Origin: an uncultured Candidatus Saccharibacteria bacterium
GTDB lineage: Bacteria; Patescibacteriota; Minisyncoccia; Minisyncoccales; RBG-13-42-11
NCBI GenBank assembly: GCA_964481125.1
Contig: CAYZSL010000002.1
Span: forward strand, 117,801 to 149,800
Direction: 5' to 3'
DNA length: 32,000 nucleotides
The translations under genes and the position numbers were made by a program. Shown in pieces: positions 25,108-32,000 of this stretch (its first letter is position 1; each line of letters begins with the position of its first letter). The notes under the pieces are model-generated. The model saw nothing but the letters and a program-made list of their open reading frames with translations. It was not told where the DNA came from and did no database searches.

Positions 25108-26514
25108 ATGCCAAAAGGAATAATCACTACATACGCTTTGGTTTTCGGAGCCATATTCACCATATTGCTTGCCAGTATTGTCGGGGTTGTTTTGCTGCAG
25201 TTAAAACAAGCTAATCAGAGATTGGCCTGGAATCAGGCTCTGCACACAGCCGAAGCCGGCCTCCATTATTACAGATGGTGTTTGAATAACGCGGTTGAAG
25301 ATAATTGCCAGCTTGAAAAGGAGCATTTTGATATTGAGGGTAATCCATTGGGAGAATTTTTTCTGGAAGATTTCACCAATTATGCCTGTGGAGAAATGGT
25401 TTCCAGGAGAATATATTCTACTGGCTGGGCTAACAAGTTCCCTGATACCCAGAGGAAGATAAGCATGTTTTATTCCAGATCTTCCATAACCGGATTTTCC
25501 TATTTGACCAACACCAATGTTTGGGTAGAATCAGGTACGCAGGTAAAAGGAGTATACCGTTCCAATGCCGGTATAAGAATGGATGGAGAAAACAAATCTT
25601 CGGTTCTTTCAGCTACCAGTTCTTGGCTTTGCACCGCTTCTTACGGGTGCGATTATTTAAGCTGTCCTACTGATTGTTCTCGGGAGGGCTCATCTTGCCG
25701 CTGCCCGGGGATTTTTACCACCACCAAGGAATCTAATCCCGATTTATTTTCTTTTCCTGTCGAGTATTTTAATTTTGATGCAATTACCATAGACTTGAGA
25801 GCGATAAAAGACATTACCATTAGCCATCCCTTGCAGTATTACTGGCCGCCGGTAACAGAGGTTGATCCTATTGGTTTGGGATACCATCTTAAGTTTTTGA
25901 CAACTGGCGGGTTTGAAGTATGGATTATTACCGATTTAACTTCAACTTATTCTTACAGCGCAGAAGAAGGTTGGCATTATGACTCTTTTATAATCAGCGG
26001 GGAGTATCGTTACGGCGGTACGATTTTCACAGACCCTGATTGTGGGCTTATCTTTGTTGAGGATAATCTTTGGGTAAACGGGGAGATAAACGGAAAAGTA
26101 ACAATTGCTTCAGCAGACCTGATTAGTCCGAGTAAAGATACAAGCATTATTTTGCCAGGCGATATTTATTACGATAATCAGAGCGGCTCTTGCGGGCTAG
26201 CGTTAATCACCGAAAAAAATATTTTAATCGCTCCTAATGCTCCAAGTCAAATGGATATGTTCGGCATTTTCGTTGCCCAAAAAGGGCGCTTTGGCATAAA
26301 CCATTATCCTTCAAATCTTAAGAATAAGCTGAAGATAACTGGTTCAATAGTCAGCAGCAATAGAATCAGGATTAATTGGGCTTCCGGGGGATCAATAATA
26401 TCAGGCTTCAAAATTTACGAACACAAAGTTGACTTAAATGTAATTTACAGTCCGCCTCTCTTTGTTCCCTATACCGGTTCTGACTTCAGAATTGTCGGCT
26501 GGGAGGAAATATAA
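25108..26514 (+). CDS. Large PilX-N-like pilus-associated protein (candidate tip or minor pilin) with a Cys-rich patch
   Basis: N-terminal helix YALVFGAIFTILLASIVGVVLL, then QALHTAEAGLHYY, which resembles the PilX N-terminal motif. CTASYGCDYLSCPTDCSREGSSCRCPG has 7 Cys in 27 aa. 468 aa. Confidence 0.55.
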   Translation: MPKGIITTYALVFGAIFTILLASIVGVVLLQLKQANQRLAWNQALHTAEAGLHYYRWCLNNAVEDNCQLEKEHFDIEGNPLGEFFLEDFTNYACGEMVSRRIYSTGWANKFPDTQRKISMFYSRSSITGFSYLTNTNVWVESGTQVKGVYRSNAGIRMDGENKSSVLSATSSWLCTASYGCDYLSCPTDCSREGSSCRCPGIFTTTKESNPDLFSFPVEYFNFDAITIDLRAIKDITISHPLQYYWPPVTEVDPIGLGYHLKFLTTGGFEVWIITDLTSTYSYSAEEGWHYDSFIISGEYRYGGTIFTDPDCGLIFVEDNLWVNGEINGKVTIASADLISPSKDTSIILPGDIYYDNQSGSCGLALITEKNILIAPNAPSQMDMFGIFVAQKGRFGINHYPSNLKNKLKITGSIVSSNRIRINWASGGSIISGFKIYEHKVDLNVIYSPPLFVPYTGSDFRIVGWEEI

Positions 26515-26529
26515 TAAAATATCAATATA

Positions 26530-27639
26530 ATGTTTAATTTTCTTAATTTAAAGCAAAAAGCTTTTGGGCTCGATATTTCTGATTTTTCTTTGAAAATTGC
26601 AAAGCTTAAGAAACATGGCCAGTTTTTTAGTGTATCTTCATTCAAAGAAGTGCCCTTGGAAACCGGTATAGTCAGAAAGGGAGAAATTAGAGACGAAGAT
26701 AAATTGGCAGAAATAATTAAAAAGTCAGTAAGAAACGTCCAAGGTGAAAAACTGCAGACAAGAGACGCTGTAATTTCTCTGCCGGAAGAGAAATCTTTTT
26801 TGAGGATAATCCAAATGCCCAAGCTTTCAGGAGAAGATTTAAAATCAGCGATAGTTCTTGAAGCTGAAAATCACATACCTTTGTCCATGGAAGAAGTTTA
26901 TTTTGATTACCAGGCTATTACTCCTTTATACGATCACTTGGACCATCTTGATGTCTTAATTGTGGGCTTCCCACGGAAGATAATCGATTCCTACGTCAGC
27001 TGCCTTAAAAAAGCCAATATCAGGCCAGTTGCTTTAGAGCTAGAATCTCTGGCTATTACTCGCGCTTTAATAGAAAAAGAGGTTTCTACCCATCCTGTTT
27101 TTATGCTTGATTTCGGTTTGAGTAAGACAAACCTTATCATATTTTCCGGTAATTCTGTAAAGTTTACGTTTTTTCTACCTGTCTCTTCACAAGAGCTTAC
27201 TGAAGCTGTAGCCCGTTCCATGCAAATTGATTTAGTTAAGGCTGAAAACCTGAAAAAGCAATACGGCTTGGAAAGCAAGGTAGACAAAACAGGAGAAGAA
27301 GTCTTTAACGCTTTGATCCCGCCCTTGACCGATTTAATAGAACAAATTAAAAAATATTTTGATTATTACCGGGCTCGGCCCCAGCATGAACACTTGCCGC
27401 CGAACGGCACAAAAGAAGAAGTTATTTTGGTTTGCGGCGGCGGAGCCAAACTGAAAGGATTGACTGATTTCCTTTCTTCACAGCTAAAAATTGCGGTGAA
27501 AATAGGAAATCCTTGGGTGAATATTCTTCCTCCGGCCAGCCAACCCAAGGAGAAGGCTTTGATTTATGAAAAAGAAGAATCGTTGAGCTATACCACTGTT
27601 CTGGGATTAGCATTAAGAGGAATTAAAGAAAATGATTAA
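26530..27639 (+). CDS. pilM: Type IV pilus assembly protein PilM (actin-like ATPase fold)
   Basis: FGLDISDFSLKIAKL, ISLPEEKSFLRIIQMP, VLIVGFPRKIIDSY, VCGGGAKLKGLTDFLS. Confidence 0.85.
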   Translation: MFNFLNLKQKAFGLDISDFSLKIAKLKKHGQFFSVSSFKEVPLETGIVRKGEIRDEDKLAEIIKKSVRNVQGEKLQTRDAVISLPEEKSFLRIIQMPKLSGEDLKSAIVLEAENHIPLSMEEVYFDYQAITPLYDHLDHLDVLIVGFPRKIIDSYVSCLKKANIRPVALELESLAITRALIEKEVSTHPVFMLDFGLSKTNLIIFSGNSVKFTFFLPVSSQELTEAVARSMQIDLVKAENLKKQYGLESKVDKTGEEVFNALIPPLTDLIEQIKKYFDYYRARPQHEHLPPNGTKEEVILVCGGGAKLKGLTDFLSSQLKIAVKIGNPWVNILPPASQPKEKALIYEKEESLSYTTVLGLALRGIKEND

Positions 27640-28186
27640 TCTTTTACCGTTTTCCAAAAAACAAGAAATAAATCAGGAAGAAAACTGGAAGATACTGATG
27701 ATTTTGGCTATTAGTGTTTTGGAAGTTCTCGTTTGCTTTATTCTTATTCTTTATGCAATAAACATTTCTATTGCCGGAGACGTTAGTCTGGAAAAGATTT
27801 TGTACGAACAAAAGGCAAAAGAATTCGAATCCTCCCAAATGTTGGATTTAAAAACAGAGATAATCGGATTTAATAAAGTTGTTCTTCAGCTGGATAATTT
27901 CTATCAGAATCAGCTTACTCCGACCGAAACCATTGAGGAAATTTTACAGACAATTCCAGAAGGCATTTACCTGACAAATTTAGCCATTACTTTGGGGAGC
28001 GACAAAGATAAAATAATGCAATGCGAGCTCAAGGGATTTTCCCCGACCAGTGGAATGCTGCTTGTTTTTAAAGAAAACCTTGAGAAAGAAGAGAGTTTCA
28101 ATGAGGTTTCTTTTCCGCCAGCCACTTGGTTAAAGTCAATTGATATTAATTTCACGGTAACTTTCAAAATAAATGACAATAACTAA
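27632..28186 (+). CDS. pilN: PilN-like pilus assembly protein
   Basis: N-terminal MINLLP motif, single TM helix, overlaps pilM by 8 nt. Confidence 0.7.
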   Translation: MINLLPFSKKQEINQEENWKILMILAISVLEVLVCFILILYAINISIAGDVSLEKILYEQKAKEFESSQMLDLKTEIIGFNKVVLQLDNFYQNQLTPTETIEEILQTIPEGIYLTNLAITLGSDKDKIMQCELKGFSPTSGMLLVFKENLEKEESFNEVSFPPATWLKSIDINFTVTFKINDNN

Positions 28187-28712
28187 AAGAATTAATATCA
28201 CTTTAATATTTTTTTCACTTTTGATTATTTCAATAATTGTTTTTGCCATTATTCCTCTTTTTCAGGCAATCGGAAACAATTCCAAAGAAGTAGTCGTACA
28301 AAAACAAAAAATGGCGCTTTTGGAAATAGAAAGCGTAAGCCTAAAGGAAAACGAGTCTTCGATGAAATCATCGCAACAATTCATGGAAGAGGTTGGCAAG
28401 TTATTTATTGATTCGGAAGTTCCTTTGGAATTCATCAATTTTTTAGAAGACGTTTCCCAAGAATGCCAGATTAATACAGAAATCTTGCCTAGTTTCGAAA
28501 AGAATACAGAAAAAGACGTATGGCCCTATTCCACTTTCCAACTGGTTTCCAGCGGTTATTTCTTTAACTTCTTAAAACTGTTGGAAAAGTTGGAAAACAG
28601 CCCTTATCTTATTGACGTGCAGAATATGAACATCAGCAGAGTAGGCGCTCAAGAAGAAGGAGGATTAACCAATATCAAGGCCAGCTTTGCCATAAAAGTA
28701 TTTGTCAAATAA
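28173..28712 (+). CDS. pilO: PilO-like pilus assembly protein
   Basis: Single N-terminal TM helix, coiled-coil region and the position after pilN. Overlaps pilN by 14 nt. Assignment is mainly positional. Confidence 0.5.
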   Translation: MTITKRINITLIFFSLLIISIIVFAIIPLFQAIGNNSKEVVVQKQKMALLEIESVSLKENESSMKSSQQFMEEVGKLFIDSEVPLEFINFLEDVSQECQINTEILPSFEKNTEKDVWPYSTFQLVSSGYFFNFLKLLEKLENSPYLIDVQNMNISRVGAQEEGGLTNIKASFAIKVFVK

Positions 28713-28713
28713 A

Positions 28714-29016
28714 ATGTTTAAGTTTAAATCAACGAAATTAAAAGAAGTATTGAGAAAATTGCCAAAAAGTTTGGCCAAACGCAGTTTCCTGTTTTTCATA
28801 ATGTTGTTTCTGATTATTGCTTTTGTGGGAGGCTTTATCTTTTATTACTATCAATCTGGCTATTCTCTCGGCGTTGGCGATGAATTAAGTGGAGAAAAGC
28901 CGTTGAAATTCGATACTGATAGACAGCAGAAGGCTCTGGAGGAGTGGCAAAAAAGGGAAGAAAGTTTCAATTTAGCTGGTTCTAAAATATATTCTGATCC
29001 TTTTCAGATTGACTAA
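28714..29016 (+). CDS. Small single-pass membrane protein, last gene of the pilus operon
   Basis: MFKFKSTKLKEVLRKLPKSLAKRSFLFFIMLFLIIAFVGGFIFYYY. ATG 28714 lies 1 nt after the pilO stop. The track start 28702 is a TTG extension. Confidence 0.5.
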   Translation: MFKFKSTKLKEVLRKLPKSLAKRSFLFFIMLFLIIAFVGGFIFYYYQSGYSLGVGDELSGEKPLKFDTDRQQKALEEWQKREESFNLAGSKIYSDPFQID

Positions 29017-29053
29017 AGGCTGATTTCAGGTAGAATATATACGTTAAAAACTT

Positions 29054-29128
29054 GCCCTCGTAGTTCAATGGATAGAACACTAGCCTTCTAAGCTGGATAT
29101 GCAGGTTCGATTCCTGCCGAGGGCACCA
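29054..29128 (+). tRNA. tRNA-Arg (anticodon TCT), CCA encoded
   Basis: GCCCTCG/CGAGGGC acceptor, D stem GTTC/GAAC, anticodon loop CTTCTAA, T arm GCAGG-TTCGATT-CCTGC, then ACCA. 75 nt. Confidence 0.88.
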
Positions 29129-29129
29129 T

Positions 29130-29203
29130 GGTGGGCGTAGTGTAGTGGTCTAGCACAAGAGTCTGTGGAACTCTTAGGGGGAGTTCGAATCTCCTCGCTC
29201 ACC
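29130..29203 (+). tRNA. tRNA-His (anticodon GTG) with encoded G-1:C73, no encoded CCA
   Basis: G-1 followed by GTGGGCG/CGCTCAC acceptor and C73. Anticodon stem AGAGT/ACTCT, loop CTGTGGA, T arm GGGAG-TTCGAAT-CTCCT. 74 nt. Confidence 0.88.
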
Positions 29204-29208
29204 TGTCT

Positions 29209-29260
29209 AAAACCAGAAACCGCTTTCTCAAGAAGGCGGTTTCTGGTAGGATAGGATAAT
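29209..29260. repeat. R1a: 52-nt intergenic hairpin repeat (copy 1 of 2)
   Basis: aaaaCCAGAAACCGCtttctcaagaagGCGGTTTCTGGtaggataGgataat. 11 bp perfect stem. Identical to 31163..31214 except one position (29254 G vs 31208 A). Confidence 0.9.
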
Positions 29261-29280
29261 AATTATCAATTAAAAATATT

Positions 29281-30414
29281 ATGAAAAACAAAGCTTTCTC
29301 TAGTATTTTAATTATATTAATTGTTACATTTGTTGTAGGACTTTTAACCATATTCTACTTTCTTGGGAATCAAAATTCTGGGATAGAACTCACTAATGTA
29401 TTAAACCCTCCATCAACGCCTACATCAACCTCTGATCAAGACGAAACTGCTGATTGGCAAACCTACAGGGATGAAGAATATGGAATTGAATTTAAGTATC
29501 CATTAGATTGGAGTGTTGGTCAGTCACCTAACTCTAAGGAATCTTTACTTATCGCTCCCGAATCTATAATCAAAGGATTAAATGAAATAGAATGGGCTAC
29601 TGGGGGGAGTATTACTTTGGGAATGACTATAAATAAAGATGTTGAAAGACCAGAAATTAAATCGGATGAATATAGTCAACTTATCAAAGAAGATATTATT
29701 TTTGTCGATAATCGGGCAACAACAGAATATACAACTCTACAGACCATAGACTTGCCAGGGGTGTTAGAAGGTTCAGTGATAGTTAGTGTAGTTATTCAAA
29801 GTGGTGAAGTGTTTTACAAAATTGACTTTCTAGACAATCAATATCGTGAACTTTTTAACCAAATACTTTCTACTTTTAAATTTATTAAAGAAGAAACAGA
29901 TAATGTTGCTTGTACCATGGAGGCGAAACTTTGTCCCGATGGTTCTTATGTTGGTCGCACTGGTCCTAACTGCGAATTTGCACCATGTCCCGACGCAGAA
30001 GACGAAACCGCCAATTGGAAGGTTTATAAAGATGAGTATTATGGACTTGAAATAAAGTATCCGCAAGATTGGGAATCACAAACACCACTTTTAGGTGAAA
30101 AAGAAGGAAAGGCTATTGTAATAATTGGAAACCTTGGTGACTCAAAGACGGCGATTTCTGATTTAAAAAAATGGATTTTTTATGAATCGGATAATGTAGT
30201 AAATTTTAAAGAAGAAGAGATATTATTAGATAATTTCCCAGCCATCAAAATTACTTATAAAGTAATTCATATAGAATCAACGGGTGCTACTAGATGGGAA
30301 GCTAATGTTTTTTTTGATAAAGAGAAAATTTCTAAAATATGGTTTCAGACAGACGAAGAAAATTATTTATCTGTTTTCGACCAAATACTTTCTACTTTTA
30401 AGTTTCTAGACTAA
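29281..30414 (+). CDS. Secreted or membrane-anchored hypothetical protein made of two copies of a ~150 aa domain joined by a Cys-rich linker
   Basis: N-terminal TM/signal segment. Each half starts ET(A)(D/N)W(Q/K).Y(R/K)DE.YG(I/L)E(F/I)KYP.DW and ends F(N/D)QILSTFKF. Linker is CTMEAKLCPDGSYVGRTGPNCEFAPCP. Confidence 0.7.
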   Translation: MKNKAFSSILIILIVTFVVGLLTIFYFLGNQNSGIELTNVLNPPSTPTSTSDQDETADWQTYRDEEYGIEFKYPLDWSVGQSPNSKESLLIAPESIIKGLNEIEWATGGSITLGMTINKDVERPEIKSDEYSQLIKEDIIFVDNRATTEYTTLQTIDLPGVLEGSVIVSVVIQSGEVFYKIDFLDNQYRELFNQILSTFKFIKEETDNVACTMEAKLCPDGSYVGRTGPNCEFAPCPDAEDETANWKVYKDEYYGLEIKYPQDWESQTPLLGEKEGKAIVIIGNLGDSKTAISDLKKWIFYESDNVVNFKEEEILLDNFPAIKITYKVIHIESTGATRWEANVFFDKEKISKIWFQTDEENYLSVFDQILSTFKFLD

Positions 30415-30449
30415 AACAGGTTCTAACATCGTCCCCTAGACCACCTTTC
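30412..30449. repeat. R2a: 38-nt exact repeat (copy 1 of 2)
   Basis: taaaacaggttctaacatcgtcccctagaccacctttc is identical to 31123..31160. Its first 3 nt are the TAA stop of the 29281 gene. Confidence 0.9.
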
Positions 30450-30455
30450 ATTTCC

Positions 30456-30497
30456 CCCGTTAGAGGAGCCAATTAATCGCTAATCGGGCGGTTTTTT
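30456..30497 (+). terminator. Candidate intrinsic terminator after the 29281 gene
   Basis: CCCGTTAG (30456-30463) pairs with CTAA(t)CGGG (30480-30488) with one bulge and a 16 nt loop, then cggTTTTTT. Loose structure. Confidence 0.35.
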
Positions 30498-30514
30498 GGT
30501 AGAGTAAAATATAT

Positions 30515-31009
30515 ATGCAAAAAGAATTAAATAATTATGCTTTTATTGATAGCCAGAATGTAAACTTGGGCGTCCAAGAGTCGGGTTGGAAATTAGACTT
30601 TAGAAAGTTGAGGATTTATTTAAAAGAAAAATATTCCGTGAAAACGGCATATCTTTTTATTGGTTATTTACCAGAGAATAAAAATTTATATAGTTCCTTA
30701 CAAAAATACGGATATCTACTTATTTTTAAACCAGTAATAAAAGACGATAAAGGAGGGCCAAAGGGTAATGTGGACGCAGACTTGGTTTTACAATCAATGA
30801 TTGATTATAACGAATATTCTAAAGCAATTATTGTCACGAGTGATGGTGATTTTTATTCGTTGGTTGAATATCTCTATAAAAATGAAAAGTTAGAAATAGT
30901 CTTAAGTCCCAATAAAGAGAATTGTTCCGTACTTTTACAAAAAGCCGCTAGAGAGAAGATTTGGTTTATGGATAATCTTAAGAAAAGATTAGAGTATATT
31001 GGAGTATAA
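30515..31009 (+). CDS. NYN-domain (LabA-like) predicted ribonuclease, second and divergent copy
   Basis: YAFIDSQNVNLG, NVDADLVLQSMID, AIIVTSDGDFYSLVEYLYKNEKLEIVLSP. Confidence 0.7.
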   Translation: MQKELNNYAFIDSQNVNLGVQESGWKLDFRKLRIYLKEKYSVKTAYLFIGYLPENKNLYSSLQKYGYLLIFKPVIKDDKGGPKGNVDADLVLQSMIDYNEYSKAIIVTSDGDFYSLVEYLYKNEKLEIVLSPNKENCSVLLQKAAREKIWFMDNLKKRLEYIGV

Positions 31010-31122
31010 ATGAAAAAGCACCGCTTAGGGACGGAACCCAAAGAAGTGCTTTTTCGTAGTGATTCTATTTTAAGGCTAGCAATATTAAAGGATATTGTCA
31101 AGCGCTTGAATTCAACAATAGT

Positions 31123-31160
31123 TAAAACAGGTTCTAACATCGTCCCCTAGACCACCTTTC
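31123..31160. repeat. R2b: 38-nt exact repeat (copy 2 of 2)
   Basis: Identical to 30412..30449. Separated from R1b by only 2 nt. Confidence 0.9.
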
Positions 31161-31162
31161 GA

Positions 31163-31214
31163 AAAACCAGAAACCGCTTTCTCAAGAAGGCGGTTTCTGG
31201 TAGGATAAGATAAT
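31163..31214. repeat. R1b: 52-nt hairpin repeat (copy 2 of 2)
   Basis: Matches 29209..29260 at 51 of 52 positions. Ends exactly at the ATG of the 31215 gene. Confidence 0.9.
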
Positions 31215-31817
31215 ATGGAACAAATATTTTCAAAAGAAATAGCCGATGAATTTATGATTTTCAAGGGAGAAGTAAGGGGAGTTTCGCTTAAAAACTACGC
31301 AGATTTTATTGTAAAAAAAGACGGTGAAGAAGGATTAAAGAAAGTGGAGAACGCTCTAGCAGAAGTCGGTTATCCGATAAAGTATCGAGAATTAGCAACA
31401 ATGGATTTTTATCCTTTAGGGTTCCAGGCTCTTTCTATAGCTGCCATGCAGAAATTTCTAAATTACGACGAAAAAACATTTTATGAATTGGGAAGTTTTC
31501 AGCCTAAAATCTCCTTAATGATTAAAATATTCTTAAAATATTTTTTCTCAATTGATATGCTGGCTAAAAAGGTTCCCGACATGTGGAAGAAGTCTTACAC
31601 AGTAGGAGAGCTAAAGGTGGCAGAACTCGATAAAGGAAAAAGACACATGATTTTAAGGCTTGAAAATTTCCCTTGCCATCCGATTCAATGTCACCAAACC
31701 CTTAGAGGTTACTTCCCTAGCGTTCTTAAGATGGTATTGGGGGCTGAGCCGACGTGTGAGGAAACAAAATGTGTTTTCCGAGGAGATAAGTATCATGAAT
31801 ATTTATTGAAATGGTAG
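31215..31817 (+). CDS. Hypothetical protein, possibly a V4R/DUF2378-like small-molecule-binding domain
   Basis: 200 aa. The C-terminus LGAEPTCEETKCVFRGDKYHEYLL resembles the V4R E..C...GD..C.F signature. This is recollection of the family consensus, not a search. Confidence 0.4.
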   Translation: MEQIFSKEIADEFMIFKGEVRGVSLKNYADFIVKKDGEEGLKKVENALAEVGYPIKYRELATMDFYPLGFQALSIAAMQKFLNYDEKTFYELGSFQPKISLMIKIFLKYFFSIDMLAKKVPDMWKKSYTVGELKVAELDKGKRHMILRLENFPCHPIQCHQTLRGYFPSVLKMVLGAEPTCEETKCVFRGDKYHEYLLKW

Positions 31818-31826
31818 TTTAATTAT

Positions 31827-32000
31827 ATGGAGCAGATAATTTCAAAAGAAGAATTATTGGAATTAGAGCAAATTAAGGGTGAAACAACCGGAAATAGCAT
31901 TAAAAATACTGGTGAGTTTGTTTTGAAAGAAGAAGGTAAGGAAGGTTTAAGAAAATTAGAAGAAACAATGGAAGCGCTTGGTTTTCCAATAAATTACCAA
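31827..32000 (+). CDS. Tandem paralog of the 31215 gene, N-terminal 58 codons only (runs off the right edge)
   Basis: Own translation MEQIISKEELLELEQIKGETTGNSIKNTGEFVLKEEGKEGLRKLEETMEALGFPINYQ aligns with MEQIFSKEIADEFMIFKGEVRGVSLKNYADFIVKKDGEEGLKKVENALAEVGYPIKYR. Confidence 0.6.
   Translation, partial: MEQIISKEELLELEQIKGETTGNSIKNTGEFVLKEEGKEGLRKLEETMEALGFPINYQ

Noticed and set aside
29209-31214. Integron gene cassettes with attC sites, or an integrated element with att repeats
   Set aside because: No integrase or transposase lies in or next to the segment. R1 and R2 lack the RYYYAAC / GTTRRRY core sites by eye, and the repeats do not overlap the tRNA 3' end as classic attL/attR would. Kept only as a descriptive repeat finding.
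1-32000. CRISPR arrays, rRNA genes, IS elements, prophage genes
   Set aside because: I found no regularly spaced direct repeats, rRNA-like sequence, transposase or integrase ORFs, or phage structural genes. The only exact repeats found by eye are R1, R2 and the 22-nt intragenic repeat.

Overview
The window reads as a gene-dense, moderately AT-rich bacterial chromosome segment. Gene content suggests a Candidate Phyla Radiation / Patescibacteria (Parcubacteria-like) genome, but that lineage call is inference from gene content only. TAA, TAG and TGA all terminate recognisable genes, so the standard code 11 applies. I see three themes. (1) An RNA-metabolism backbone: rsmA, a minus-strand run of tRNA-Arg, tRNA-Lys, rpsO, an NYN-domain gene, pnp, a GH3 gene and a dksA-like gene, then cca flanked by tRNAs, nusA, rny and 8 tRNAs in total. 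(2) Cell-surface machinery: a complete monoderm-style type IV pilus operon (pilB, pilC, two prepilin-like genes, a large PilX-like protein, pilM, pilN, pilO) sits directly behind a histidine kinase and a receiver-only regulator. There are also three VirB2/TrbC-like 'T4SS pilin' genes. Two of them (460..3387) are tandem paralogs fused to large cysteine-rich ectodomains and lie divergent from a polytopic membrane protein at the left edge. I consider this pair the best candidate for an uncharacterised system. (3) A visibly more AT-rich accessory patch lies after tRNA-His (29.2-32 kb). It is delimited by two families of exact intergenic repeats (52 nt hairpin, 38 nt) in a cassette-like order. It carries an internally duplicated secreted protein, a second NYN protein and tandem V4R-like paralogs. 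Other points: an in-frame TAG at the conserved Gln of the rsmA LGQNFL motif; sigma70-like promoters placed for leaderless mRNAs; and only 2 of 8 tRNAs encode CCA. No CRISPR array, rRNA, transposase or integrase was seen. All homology calls rest on motifs read by eye, and no searches were run.
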